From positions 68,221 through 132,220 of the forward strand of contig CALRAL010000002.1 in assembly GCA_943350875.1 (NCBI GenBank): DNA of 64,000 bases, given 5' to 3'. The notes below the pieces were generated by a model that was not told the DNA's origin, did no database searches, and saw only the letters and a program-made list of their open reading frames with translations. The position numbers were made by a program, and so were the translations under genes. How positions within the stretch are numbered: position 1 is the first letter of the stretch; every line of letters starts with the position of its first letter. This DNA comes from Candidatus Nomurabacteria bacterium. GTDB lineage: Bacteria; Patescibacteriota; Minisyncoccia; Phycocordibacterales; UBA9973. This document shows, piece after piece, positions 39,724 through 51,845 of this stretch.

Positions 39724-40215
39724 ATGATAAAAATTAAAAAACAAAAAAATAGAGCATTCGTGATACTTTTTGCTATGATGATTTCGAGTATCATTTTAAT
39801 GATAGCTTTGGGTATTACGAATATTGCAACCAAAGAAATAAAATTCAGTTCTTCGGCTAAAGACACAAATGATGCCTTTTTTGCTGCTGATACAGGTGCT
39901 GAATGTGCTTTGAGGAATGATAGGACAGATAATCCACTTGTTTCTTTTACTGAGGAAGGAATATATGTAAATTGTCTAGGAAATAATACTATTAATACTA
40001 CTTTTAATAATAATCCCAAGCCAAATTGGAATTTTACTGTTTCCGGATTAAGTTTTAATGAACGATGGTGTGCTAATGTAAAAGTGATTAAAGATAATAC
40101 TAATCCAAACAATATAATTACTACAATTGTTTCAAAAGGATATAACACTGGTGACCCTAGTGCTTGTGTTCAGACAGAAAATAGCGTAGAAAGACAGATT
40201 GAATTAAATTACTGA
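39724..40215 (+). CDS. PilX-like pilus-associated protein
   Basis: Single N-terminal TM; position at the end of the minor-pilin block. Confidence 0.35.
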   Translation: MIKIKKQKNRAFVILFAMMISSIILMIALGITNIATKEIKFSSSAKDTNDAFFAADTGAECALRNDRTDNPLVSFTEEGIYVNCLGNNTINTTFNNNPKPNWNFTVSGLSFNERWCANVKVIKDNTNPNNIITTIVSKGYNTGDPSACVQTENSVERQIELNY

Positions 40216-42363
<2,148 letters not shown>

Positions 42364-42369
42364 ATTTTA

Positions 42370-42708
42370 TTAAGGAGTATAGTCTTTATTGAACAATTGT
42401 TCGTATAACCTCATCCATCTTACTCTTTTTTCTTCATTATGTTCACTCACTGCTTCCCCGCTTTTTGATTTAATATAATCATGTATTTCTTTTTCTGTTT
42501 TTAAAGTTTTTTCTATTTCTTTCACTTTCTCCATTATCCATAAAAAGATCTCTTTGTCTTTTGAAGCGTTTTGGTAAGAAAAAAAATTTTCTATATTCTG
42601 TTTTATTTCTTTCTCTGTATAATCTATTTTGTCTTGAATTCTTTTTATTGCGTCTGTCCAATCAAAAAATTTCTCGATATTTTTCTTTTGTTCTTCAAAA
42701 TTTCCCAT
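42370..42708 (-). CDS. hypothetical charged/coiled-coil protein
   Basis: ORF only. Confidence 0.3.
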   Translation of the reverse strand: MGNFEEQKKNIEKFFDWTDAIKRIQDKIDYTEKEIKQNIENFFSYQNASKDKEIFLWIMEKVKEIEKTLKTEKEIHDYIKSKSGEAVSEHNEEKRVRWMRLYEQLFNKDYTP

Positions 42709-42766
42709 ATAACTTTATTTTAGCATGATTTTCTTTTTATCCAAAATAATGTAGATTTATAGATAG

Positions 42767-42853
42767 GGAACCGTCGCATAGTGGTCTAGTGCACCACCTT
42801 GGAAAGGTGGCAGGCTCGAAAGGGTCTCGAGAGTTCAAATCTCTCCGGTTCCG
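42767..42853 (+). tRNA. tRNA-Ser (GGA)
   Basis: Acceptor GGAACCG/CGGTTCC, discriminator G, anticodon stem CCACC/GGTGG with loop TTGGAAA, long variable arm, T-arm AGAG-TTCAAAT-CTCT. Confidence 0.8.
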
Positions 42854-42924
42854 CAGAGTGAAGAAAATCATCTTTTATGATATAATAGGAACTGTCGTAT
42901 TTATAATAGTGAAATTATAAAAAA

Positions 42925-43512
42925 ATGAGTAAAAAATCAATTTGGATAATTATAATTGTGTTAATAGCCGGATTTTATGTTTATTTCTCTACTATAGCAG
43001 TACCAAAATCTCCTATACTCGGAGTAGGATTACCACCAATAGAACCAGTGTCAGGTACATTAACAACAAAAAAGACCATCTATGATGAAAAATTGGGTTA
43101 TAGTTTTGAGCAACCAAATGGCTGGGAATCAAATACTGCAGAAAGTGGATTCGCAGATAAAAACATTAAGAAAGTTGTTTCATTCACAAAAAATATATTA
43201 AAAAATGGATCACAGGTCTCAACTGATATAGAATTCAGGGTAAAATCAGCTAAAAATTTACAAGAAGTTAAAGATGGGATTAAAAAAGAAATAATAGGTT
43301 CTGGGTTATCTATTTCAAATGAAGTTGTACTTCTTAAAAATAAAATAAATGGATTTGATATTTTTTCAGGAACATCTGACTGGAAAATAAGATATGTAGC
43401 TTTCTTTTCAAATAAAATGGCTTACATATTTAAATATTCATCACAATATGAATTATATAAGACGAATGAAGAGACCTTTAACCAAATAAAAAATTCGCTC
43501 ACTATAAAATAG
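42925..43512 (+). CDS. secreted/membrane-anchored hypothetical protein
   Basis: N-terminal TM/signal anchor. Confidence 0.35.
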   Translation: MSKKSIWIIIIVLIAGFYVYFSTIAVPKSPILGVGLPPIEPVSGTLTTKKTIYDEKLGYSFEQPNGWESNTAESGFADKNIKKVVSFTKNILKNGSQVSTDIEFRVKSAKNLQEVKDGIKKEIIGSGLSISNEVVLLKNKINGFDIFSGTSDWKIRYVAFFSNKMAYIFKYSSQYELYKTNEETFNQIKNSLTIK

Positions 43513-43555
43513 ATTAAAACACATTTTATTTTAGGCTTTATGATAAAATATCATT

Positions 43556-46543
43556 ATGTCTAAAATGACTAAATTTGAGGAAGAATATGGGAAATTAAAC
43601 AATGCCCAGAAGGAGGCTGTGGAGGCCTTAGAGGGGCCTGTAATGGTCATAGCAGGGCCTGGGACCGGGAAAACACAAGTTTTAGCAGTTAGAATAGGCA
43701 ATATCTTGAATAAAACTGATACTCCTCCAGATGGCATTTTGTGTCTTACTTTTACGAATTCTGGAGTGAGCGAGATGCGAAAAAGATTACATAAGTATAT
43801 AGAAAGCACGGCTTCAAAAGTAAACATTTTTACTTTTCATAGTTTTGGGATGAAGATAATTGAAGAATTTTATGGGGTGCTTGATTTGGATGAGGCGCCA
43901 GTCTTGATGGATGATACTGATTCAGCGTTGCTTTGTGATGATATACTAGAGAATAATGATTGGAAATATATACGACCACATTCTGATTCTACAAAATATT
44001 TTAGAGATTTAAAGTCTTTGATATCTCTATTGAAAAGGGAAGGTCTAACTCCACAGGATTTCTTATCTGCCATAGAAAAAGATATTAAGAATTTAAGACA
44101 GTCTGAAGACAGCATTTCTACTAGGGGTGCGACAAAGGGTGAATTGAAAAAGGAAGTCGTGCAAAAAATTGATGGCTTGGAGAAGAGTAAGGAGGTGGTG
44201 AACTTCTTTGATCTTTACGAAAAAATAAAAAAAGAAAAGAGTGTCATTGATTATGACGATGTATTAGAGCTTGCTTTAAAAATAGCAGAAGAAGGCGAAG
44301 AAGCTTTGGCAAGTATCAGAGAGAAATATTTATATGTTCTCATAGACGAACATCAAGATTCAAATGGAGTGCAAAATGAATTTTTGAAAAAAGTCTGGAG
44401 TGATGTGGAGAAGCCAAACATTTTTGTGGTGGGAGATGACAGGCAACTCATCTATGGTTTCGGTGGGGCTTCACTTTCTTATTTTGAAGGATTTAAACAT
44501 GCTTTTGGTAAAGCAAAACTAATCACTCTTGTAGAGAATTATCGTTCTACTCAGAACATATTAGATTCATCACATTTACTTTTACAAAGTAAAATGAGCG
44601 AAGAGAAATTGATCAGTCACAGCAAAGAATCTCATCCTATGAGATTAGTTGAATGTGATTATCCCAGAGATGAGATACTAGCTTGCGCTCTAAATATAAA
44701 AGAAAAAATCAAGAAAAAAACTTTAGATATAAATGATTGTGCGATCCTTGTGCCTAAAAATAAACAAGTCAGAAGTACTATTGCGATACTGCATGACATG
44801 GGGCTACCAGTATCTTCGTATGGGACTTTGAGACTCTTCGATTTGCCTGAAACAGAATCTTTTTTAAGAGTTTTAAGAATAATAAATAATCCTAGCGACA
44901 GTGTTCTTTTGGCAGAATCTTTGTTCGATAAGTTATCAGGTATTAGCCCTATAGATGGGCACAAATTTATAGTAAACAATGGTGCAAAAGATTTCTCCCT
45001 TTTATCTTTGACTGGAAATAAGAAACCAGAATTATTTGAAGATAAAAATCCTGTGCAAATTTGGATAAATAAATTATGTATTTGGCTTGAAGAATCAAAG
45101 AATCTGAATGTTTATTCTTTAGTACAACTTATCGGAGAAGAGTTTTTATTAAATCAATCAAAAGACCACGAAGAACTTGTCTCTAATATAGAAGTTGTCC
45201 GTACGATACTACATCTATTACTTTCACAAATAGAGAAAAGCCCAAAGTTAACTCTAAAAAGATTTTTAGATTTTATTTTAAGAATGGAATCATATGATGA
45301 GAATATTTCACTCGCTACTTTTAACGCAGATGAAGGAGTAAAAGTTCTGACTTTGCATTCTTCAAAGGGGCTTGAATTTGATTTTGTGTGGATGGCACAT
45401 ATGGATGAGAAATCATTAATGTCTGGCAAAAGACAAGGTTTTACACTACCTTCAAATATTGAAATGCTTGTAGAAGAAAAAGATGAAGAGGTGGTCAAAA
45501 GGCAACTATACGTGGCTATTACTCGTGCTAAAAGGTTCTCTACTATTTCATATGCAAGTCATTCATACACTGGGAGAGAACAAGAACTGGCACATATCAT
45601 CTCAGATCTACCTGAAGAAATATTTGAAAAACAAACTTTATCCGAAACAGAAAAGATAATCTTAAAAAATAATCCAAAAACATACATCACAAGTGTAGCG
45701 TCAGAGAAAAATAGTGTTGATTTGAAAGAACTTGTAAAAATAGTCGCCAAAGAATATGAGAAAAGGAATGTATCTGTATCACTTCTAAATAACTTTTTTG
45801 AATGTCCTTGGAAATGGTATTTTAGGAATTTATTACGTTTACCAGAAGCCAAGACTGAGAGTCTGGAGTTTGGAAATGCTGTGCATGGATCTGTAGATAA
45901 AATTTTAAAAATGAATAAAGTTCCAAATGTTAAAGAACTTGAGAAAATAGTCTTAGAAGAAACAAGAAAGAGGAATTATGGTGATGAGAAAAAACAGGAC
46001 AAGATGTATAGGGAAGTTTTTGGGATGGTCTTACATTGGGTGGAGGATCGTTTACCTGATATATCAAAAGATAGAGAAAATGAAAAAAGTATTTCGGTTA
46101 AAGATGATAGATTTCCACATTTAAATATTTACGGGAAAATAGACCTCATTGAGATGCTTGATGCTAAAAATGTACGAGTGACTGATTTTAAAACTGGCAG
46201 TGTGAGAAAAAAGAGTGACATAGAAAAGATAAATGAAGAGGGTAGAATGAGCGATTATATGCGTCAGCTCTCCATGTATTCATATTTGTTAGGAGAGAAT
46301 TCAAAATGGAAAAAGGAGGTGGTAGAATCCCAGTTGGAATTCTTAGAAGCAAAAGATAAAAAAGAAGCTTTTTATAGGACTTTTATAAACAAAGAACATA
46401 TAGATTTACTTTTGAAAGATATCGCTGATTATGATAGTTTGGTAAAAGAAGGTAGGTGGATAGATAGACCTTGCAATTTCAAGTCTTTTGGCAAACAAAA
46501 TGCCATCTGTGAATATTGTAAAATGGCAGAGATTTACAAATGA
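43556..46543 (+). CDS. UvrD/PcrA-like SF1 helicase fused to C-terminal PD-(D/E)xK nuclease with Cas4/AddB-type Fe-S cysteines
   Basis: Walker A AGPGTGKTQVL, DEHQD, UvrD motifs. C-terminal nuclease core (GKIDLIE...DFKTG) with Cys at CPWKW and CNFKSFGKQNAICEYC. Confidence 0.65.
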   Translation: MSKMTKFEEEYGKLNNAQKEAVEALEGPVMVIAGPGTGKTQVLAVRIGNILNKTDTPPDGILCLTFTNSGVSEMRKRLHKYIESTASKVNIFTFHSFGMKIIEEFYGVLDLDEAPVLMDDTDSALLCDDILENNDWKYIRPHSDSTKYFRDLKSLISLLKREGLTPQDFLSAIEKDIKNLRQSEDSISTRGATKGELKKEVVQKIDGLEKSKEVVNFFDLYEKIKKEKSVIDYDDVLELALKIAEEGEEALASIREKYLYVLIDEHQDSNGVQNEFLKKVWSDVEKPNIFVVGDDRQLIYGFGGASLSYFEGFKHAFGKAKLITLVENYRSTQNILDSSHLLLQSKMSEEKLISHSKESHPMRLVECDYPRDEILACALNIKEKIKKKTLDINDCAILVPKNKQVRSTIAILHDMGLPVSSYGTLRLFDLPETESFLRVLRIINNPSDSVLLAESLFDKLSGISPIDGHKFIVNNGAKDFSLLSLTGNKKPELFEDKNPVQIWINKLCIWLEESKNLNVYSLVQLIGEEFLLNQSKDHEELVSNIEVVRTILHLLLSQIEKSPKLTLKRFLDFILRMESYDENISLATFNADEGVKVLTLHSSKGLEFDFVWMAHMDEKSLMSGKRQGFTLPSNIEMLVEEKDEEVVKRQLYVAITRAKRFSTISYASHSYTGREQELAHIISDLPEEIFEKQTLSETEKIILKNNPKTYITSVASEKNSVDLKELVKIVAKEYEKRNVSVSLLNNFFECPWKWYFRNLLRLPEAKTESLEFGNAVHGSVDKILKMNKVPNVKELEKIVLEETRKRNYGDEKKQDKMYREVFGMVLHWVEDRLPDISKDRENEKSISVKDDRFPHLNIYGKIDLIEMLDAKNVRVTDFKTGSVRKKSDIEKINEEGRMSDYMRQLSMYSYLLGENSKWKKEVVESQLEFLEAKDKKEAFYRTFINKEHIDLLLKDIADYDSLVKEGRWIDRPCNFKSFGKQNAICEYCKMAEIYK

Positions 46544-46731
46544 TTTTGAATATGCTATATTGGAAATATGTTAATTGAGCGAAAAATCAATAGTTCTCCG
46601 GTACCTCCATCCAAAGGTTGGGTGGTTGGTTTTTGCGCTTAAAAAATTCTCTTTATAAATATTAAAAGCAAACACAAGCCACTCAAAAAGTGGTTTTTTA
46701 TTTATTAATAATGTTTTACAAAGAATAATTT

Positions 46732-47511
46732 ATGAAGAATAATAAGAAAATGCGTTTAGTTATAAAAATAGGTACCCAAGTAATTTCTGGTAAAAATGGG
46801 TTGAATAAAAAAAGAATTAGACAAATTATTATAGAAGTTGCTGAGTTTTTTAAGCTCGGGTATGAGGTTATACTTGTAAGTTCAGGTGCTATTGCAACAG
46901 GTTTACCATTTATACACTTCAAAAGTAAGTTTCATAAGAAAATTGCCGCCGCTGTAGGTCAGCCTCTTTTGATGCATGCTTATACAAATGAAGCTAAAAA
47001 ACATAAAATTATTATTGGGCAAGTTCTCATATTGAGTGATGATTTTACTAATCGTAAAAACTTTAAGAATTTAATTCTGAATATAAATGATATGCTTTCT
47101 CATAAAGTTTTGCCAATTATTAATGAAAATGATGTTATGAAAAGGCAAGATTTGAGAATTAATGATAATGACACTTTGGGAGCCATGGTTGCTGTTGGTG
47201 TATCAGCAGATAAATTAATAATTCTCACTAATAAGGATGGACTCTATACAAAAAATCCTGATCATGATAAAGAAGCTGTGTTAATAAAAGAAGTTTCAAA
47301 AATAAATTCTGAAACCATGGCATTATGTGCTACTGGTAAGTCTGCTTTGGGAGTGGGTGGAATGTTGGCTAAAATCAAGGCAGCTAAGTATGCTACACAA
47401 AAAGGAGTGGAAACATTTATCGGTAATGGAAAGAAAAAAGGTATAATTATTGGAGCCTTGAATGAAAATTTTTCTGGTACAAGGTTTTTGGCAAAAAATA
47501 ATAACAAATAA
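46732..47511 (+). CDS. proB: glutamate 5-kinase (no PUA domain)
   Basis: Amino-acid-kinase fold N-terminus LVIKIGTQVIS...VILVSSGAIATG. Confidence 0.75.
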   Translation: MKNNKKMRLVIKIGTQVISGKNGLNKKRIRQIIIEVAEFFKLGYEVILVSSGAIATGLPFIHFKSKFHKKIAAAVGQPLLMHAYTNEAKKHKIIIGQVLILSDDFTNRKNFKNLILNINDMLSHKVLPIINENDVMKRQDLRINDNDTLGAMVAVGVSADKLIILTNKDGLYTKNPDHDKEAVLIKEVSKINSETMALCATGKSALGVGGMLAKIKAAKYATQKGVETFIGNGKKKGIIIGALNENFSGTRFLAKNNNK

Positions 47512-47512
47512 T

Positions 47513-48271
47513 ATGAAAACACAAATTACAATCATTGGTTTTGGTATAATGGGTAAAGCCATTGCTCAATCCCTATTAAGCTATAACAGTATAATTAAGA
47601 TTTTTATAGTTGATAGAAATAATTCAAATTTTGATATTACACAAAAGAATATTGAAAAATCTGATTTTATTATACTTGCTGTTAAGCCACAAGATGCAAA
47701 GGAGGCGATTCAAAAATTTAAGTTCTATTTTAAAAAACACACTATATTAATTTCAATCATGGCTGGTGTATCAATTAAAAAAATAGCTTTTCTTTCAGGC
47801 CATAAAAAAATATTAAGAATGATGCCTAATTTGGGACTCACAATTGGCGAGGGAATAGCCGCTTGGAAAGGATCAGGGTTATCCAAAGTAGAGATTAAAA
47901 AATCTAAAGATTTGATTAATAAAATCACTGATAATTTTGAAGTTAAAAATGAAGATGAGATAAATAAAATAACTGCTATCTCTGGGAGTGGACCCGCATA
48001 CTTTTTTTTGTTAGCAGATTCTTTAATAAAGGTATGTGAAAGTTTTGGATTTACTAAAGCTGAAAGTCTTAAACTTGTAGAAAAAACTTTCTCCGCTTCA
48101 GCTATTCTAGGGAAAGAAGATAACTATTCTGCTCTCATAAAAAAAGTTGCTTCTAAAAAAGGAACAACTGAAGCTGCTTTGAAAGTTTTTAAAAAAGAAA
48201 ATTTTAACAAAATTATATTAAAGGCCGTTCATGCAGCATATAAAAGAGCAAATGAAATAAACAATGAATAA
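47513..48271 (+). CDS. proC: pyrroline-5-carboxylate reductase
   Basis: Rossmann ITIIGFGIMGKAIAQ and P5CR C-terminal dimerisation region. Confidence 0.75.
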   Translation: MKTQITIIGFGIMGKAIAQSLLSYNSIIKIFIVDRNNSNFDITQKNIEKSDFIILAVKPQDAKEAIQKFKFYFKKHTILISIMAGVSIKKIAFLSGHKKILRMMPNLGLTIGEGIAAWKGSGLSKVEIKKSKDLINKITDNFEVKNEDEINKITAISGSGPAYFFLLADSLIKVCESFGFTKAESLKLVEKTFSASAILGKEDNYSALIKKVASKKGTTEAALKVFKKENFNKIILKAVHAAYKRANEINNE

Positions 48272-49520
48272 AAATATATTAAAACAATTAAATAAAGCAA
48301 AAGAATCTTCAATATCCTTGGGTGTTTTATCGCATTCTAAAAGGATTTTAGTTTTAAAAAATATAATAAAAGGATTGGAAGCCAATAAAAAACAAATTAT
48401 TAGAGCTAATGCTAGAGATTTAAAGAACTTTTCAATAAACGATCCAATGCGTGATCGTGTTGTTTTAAATGATGTCCGTATTTCTAATATGGTAGAAGAA
48501 ATTAAAAATATAATAAAAATGCCGGACCCAATCGGCGAGATTTTTGATTGTCGGGATAGATTCGGATTAAAAATTTGTCGTAAAAGGGTACCGATAGGTG
48601 TCGTAGGTATTATTTATGAATCACGACCCAATGTGACGACAGATGTGACTTGTATATGTATAAAATCTGGTAATGCTGTAATACTCAAGGGTGGTAAAGA
48701 AGCCAGAGAGAGTTATATTATTCTTCATAAGATTATAAAGAATGCTTTTTTACTATCTGGTGTAAATTCTGAAGCAGTGCAATTTATTGATCCAAAAATA
48801 AAAGATTCTGTTTTGGATGTTATTACTGCTAATGGTTTAGTTGATGTAATTATTCCACGTGGAAGTTCACGTCTTATAAATTTTGTTAGAGAAAATGCCA
48901 CTGTACCAGTAATTGAAACTGGGGCTGGTGTTTGTCATATATTTATTGATGATTCTGCAAAGATAAATCTCTCGGCTGAAGTTATTTTCAATGCTAAAAC
49001 TCAAAGACCTAGTGTTTGTAATTCATTAGATACTTTGCTTATACATAGTAAAATAGCAGAAAAATTTCTTCCAATAGTTGCTGGACTTTTAGTCCAAAAA
49101 CAAGTGGAAATCTTTGCTGATTTAAAAAGTTTTCAAGTATTAAAAAATTTATATCCATTAAGTCTTTTGAAAAAAGTTAAAGCGACTGATTTTGGTCGAG
49201 AATTTTTAAGTCAGAAAATATCTATTAAAATTGTTTCTAATGTCAATGAAGCCATGAAACATATTAATAAGTATTCTTCAAAACATTCTGAAGCAATTCT
49301 TTCAGAAAATAAACAAAATTGTAAAAAGTTTTTAAGTGAAGTTGACTCTGCTGTAGTTTACGTAAATACTTCAACTCGTTTTTCTGATGGCGCTGTGTTT
49401 GGGTTAGGATCAGAGATTGGTGTTTCTACTTCCAAGTTACATGCTAGAGGTCCTATGGGTCCCAAAGAAATGACTACTTATAAATGGATAGTAACTGGTC
49501 AATACTCTATAAGGAGTTAA
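48264..49520 (+). CDS. proA: gamma-glutamyl phosphate reductase (glutamate-5-semialdehyde dehydrogenase)
   Basis: ALDH-fold with catalytic-Cys region (VCNSLDTLLIH). Confidence 0.75.
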   Translation: MNKNILKQLNKAKESSISLGVLSHSKRILVLKNIIKGLEANKKQIIRANARDLKNFSINDPMRDRVVLNDVRISNMVEEIKNIIKMPDPIGEIFDCRDRFGLKICRKRVPIGVVGIIYESRPNVTTDVTCICIKSGNAVILKGGKEARESYIILHKIIKNAFLLSGVNSEAVQFIDPKIKDSVLDVITANGLVDVIIPRGSSRLINFVRENATVPVIETGAGVCHIFIDDSAKINLSAEVIFNAKTQRPSVCNSLDTLLIHSKIAEKFLPIVAGLLVQKQVEIFADLKSFQVLKNLYPLSLLKKVKATDFGREFLSQKISIKIVSNVNEAMKHINKYSSKHSEAILSENKQNCKKFLSEVDSAVVYVNTSTRFSDGAVFGLGSEIGVSTSKLHARGPMGPKEMTTYKWIVTGQYSIRS

Positions 49521-49580
49521 ATATTTACTAGAATTATTCCACTCCTTGTAATTTTGTCTTTTTGTAGTTAATATGGATTT

Positions 49581-50540
49581 ATGGAAAATAGCGATTACAA
49601 AATAATACTTTTTTATAAATACATACACATAGATGACCCAGAAGAAGTAGCCAAGAAAGAGAGAGAAGTCTGCATACGTTTAGGGTTGAAAGGCAGGTGC
49701 ATCATAGCCTCTGAGGGGATAAATGCTACTTATGAGGGGACAGAAGAAAATATAAAAGAGTATGTAAAAAAACTAGAAAAAGATAAAAGATTCTTAAACA
49801 TTCATTTCAAATTAAGTGATGGCACAGGGAATGCTTTTCCGCGACTGTGTGTAAAAACAAGAAAAGAAATAGTGTCGCTACATCTTGGCACATGCGACAT
49901 AGATCCAAATCAAGTGACGGGGATACATCTGAAACCAGAAGAATTACATAGTTGGATAAAAGAAGACAGAGAATTTTATATAGTTGATATGCGTAATGCG
50001 TATGAGCACAAAGTCGGACATTTTGAGAATTCTATTTTGCCTCCGATTGAGAATTTTAGAGATTTGCCAAAAGTAGTGGAGCAGATTGCTCATTTGAAAA
50101 ATAAAACAGTGCTGACTGTGTGTACCGGAGGAGTGCGTTGCGAGAAGGCTTCTGGGTTTTTGATAACTCAAGACTTTACGGATGTGTATCAGCTTGATGG
50201 TGGGATAGTTTCTTATATGGAAAAATATCCGAATGAAGATTTCAATGGTAAGCTGTATGTTTTCGATGGACGAGTGACCATGGGCTTTTATACAGATGAT
50301 AAAAAGCATGTGATAGTAGGTGTTTGTGATTTTTGTAGGGAGCAATCAGAGAATTATGTAAATTGTGATAATCCCGTATGTCATAGGCACTTTATTGCTT
50401 GCGAGAATTGTGTTAAGAAAGATGGAGGAAAAATTTTTTGTAAAAATGGTTGTATATTATCAAGGCATGGGAGGCCTGTCCGCCAACCCGCTAGCGGGGG
50501 CGGAAAGATTAGCCCAGTTGAAGCGGATTTGATACAATAA
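49581..50540 (+). CDS. trhO: rhodanese-domain protein TrhO/YceA family (tRNA U34 hydroxylase-like), with Cys-rich C-terminal extension
   Basis: ILFYKYIHIDDPEE N-terminus, rhodanese CTGGVRCEKAS active-site loop. Confidence 0.65.
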   Translation: MENSDYKIILFYKYIHIDDPEEVAKKEREVCIRLGLKGRCIIASEGINATYEGTEENIKEYVKKLEKDKRFLNIHFKLSDGTGNAFPRLCVKTRKEIVSLHLGTCDIDPNQVTGIHLKPEELHSWIKEDREFYIVDMRNAYEHKVGHFENSILPPIENFRDLPKVVEQIAHLKNKTVLTVCTGGVRCEKASGFLITQDFTDVYQLDGGIVSYMEKYPNEDFNGKLYVFDGRVTMGFYTDDKKHVIVGVCDFCREQSENYVNCDNPVCHRHFIACENCVKKDGGKIFCKNGCILSRHGRPVRQPASGGGKISPVEADLIQ

Positions 50541-50544
50541 AAAT

Positions 50545-51327
50545 ATGAGTGAAGAAATAAAAAAAGGAACACCTGCCCGAAATGCTACGCATAACGTTGC
50601 AGGCGGGGAACATCCACTTTCATTACTAGCAGACCAAGCTTATGGTGTTTTTTCGGAGCTTGGGTTTGAAATAGTCACAGGCCCAGAACTTGAAAGTGAA
50701 TGGTACAACTTTGATGCACTCAATGTTTCTAAGGATCATCCAGCTCGTGACATGCAAGATACTTTTTACACAAAAAATGAGAAGCCTGCCCGCAATGCTT
50801 CCAGCATAACTGATGCAGGCGGGGAAAAAGTCTTACGCACACATACTACCAATGTTACAGCTAGGGCGTTAGAAAAAGCTCAGAAAGAAAATCGTTTGCC
50901 TTCTGCTTTTATTTCAATTGGTAAAGTTTTTAGAAATGAATCTACAGATGCTACACATGAAATGCAATTTTTCCAGATTGATGGAGCTATGGTTGGAGAA
51001 AATATTTCTATCGCTGATTTAAAAGGTGTGCTTACTTATTTTTATAAAAAAGTATTGGGTAAAGATACTGAAATAGAATTCAGACCTAGCTTCTTTCCTT
51101 TTACCGAACCGTCTATCGAAGTGTGGGCCAAATTTAATAACAAATGGCTGGAAATGATGGGTGCCGGCATGCTTCACCCGAATGTTTTACACAATCTTGG
51201 CCTTGATCCTAAAAAGGTGCAGGGTTTTGCTTTCGGTGGCGGACTTGATCGTATTGCCATGATTAAATGGAATATTCCAGACGTTCGCCTTTTTTATCAG
51301 GGTGATTTGAGGCTCAATCAGTTTTAA
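50545..51327 (+). CDS. pheS: phenylalanine--tRNA ligase alpha subunit, short form (no N-terminal domain), with two palindromic in-frame insertions
   Basis: HPARDMQDTFY, LRTHTTNV, FRNESTDATHEMQFFQIDG (motif 2), GFAFGGGLDRIAMIK (motif 3). Confidence 0.85.
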   Translation: MSEEIKKGTPARNATHNVAGGEHPLSLLADQAYGVFSELGFEIVTGPELESEWYNFDALNVSKDHPARDMQDTFYTKNEKPARNASSITDAGGEKVLRTHTTNVTARALEKAQKENRLPSAFISIGKVFRNESTDATHEMQFFQIDGAMVGENISIADLKGVLTYFYKKVLGKDTEIEFRPSFFPFTEPSIEVWAKFNNKWLEMMGAGMLHPNVLHNLGLDPKKVQGFAFGGGLDRIAMIKWNIPDVRLFYQGDLRLNQF

Positions 51328-51330
51328 GAA

Positions 51331-51364
51331 GTTATAAAGTTTATAAAGTCAAAAGTTATAAAGT
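51331..51364 (+). repeat. three direct repeats GTTATAAAGT (candidate operator/promoter for the inserted gene pair)
   Basis: Copies at 51331, 51341 and 51355, immediately after the pheS stop. Confidence 0.5.
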
Positions 51365-51380
51365 AAATATAAATATAAAT

Positions 51381-51830
51381 ATGAAACTCACTGAATTTAT
51401 AATTAAAGCCAAGAAAAATACTTATGCTTCCGATGGAGAAGGAGGTGAAAAATCTTTAGGAGATAATTCAAAAGAATTTCTTTTTAAAAATAAATCTTTT
51501 TTGTATAGAGACAGATATTTCAATAGTAAGGGTAAATTTATAGGTGAAGAAATTGTTTTTAAATCTAAAAAACCAATTTGGGGTATGAACTATTATGGTA
51601 AAATTTTAGTAAATTCAATTAGCAATAAGAAAGTTTATTCATTTCTTAAAAAAGCAATATTGAAAGTGGAAAAAGATAGACCATTTAGGGGGCCAAGAAA
51701 GTTTTTGGAAGGTAATTTTTTATATTTTGATAAAAGTATAGGAACTTATGAAAACTTTTATGGTAAAGAAGAAATATACTTAAATAGAAAAAAAATTTAT
51801 GAATTAAAATATCACGGGGGAATTTTATGA
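51381..51830 (+). CDS. hypothetical protein (possible partner of the MazF-like toxin)
   Basis: ORF immediately upstream of the MazF-like gene; no recognisable motifs. Confidence 0.35.
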   Translation: MKLTEFIIKAKKNTYASDGEGGEKSLGDNSKEFLFKNKSFLYRDRYFNSKGKFIGEEIVFKSKKPIWGMNYYGKILVNSISNKKVYSFLKKAILKVEKDRPFRGPRKFLEGNFLYFDKSIGTYENFYGKEEIYLNRKKIYELKYHGGIL

Positions 51831-51845
51831 AAAATTCTTACAATT

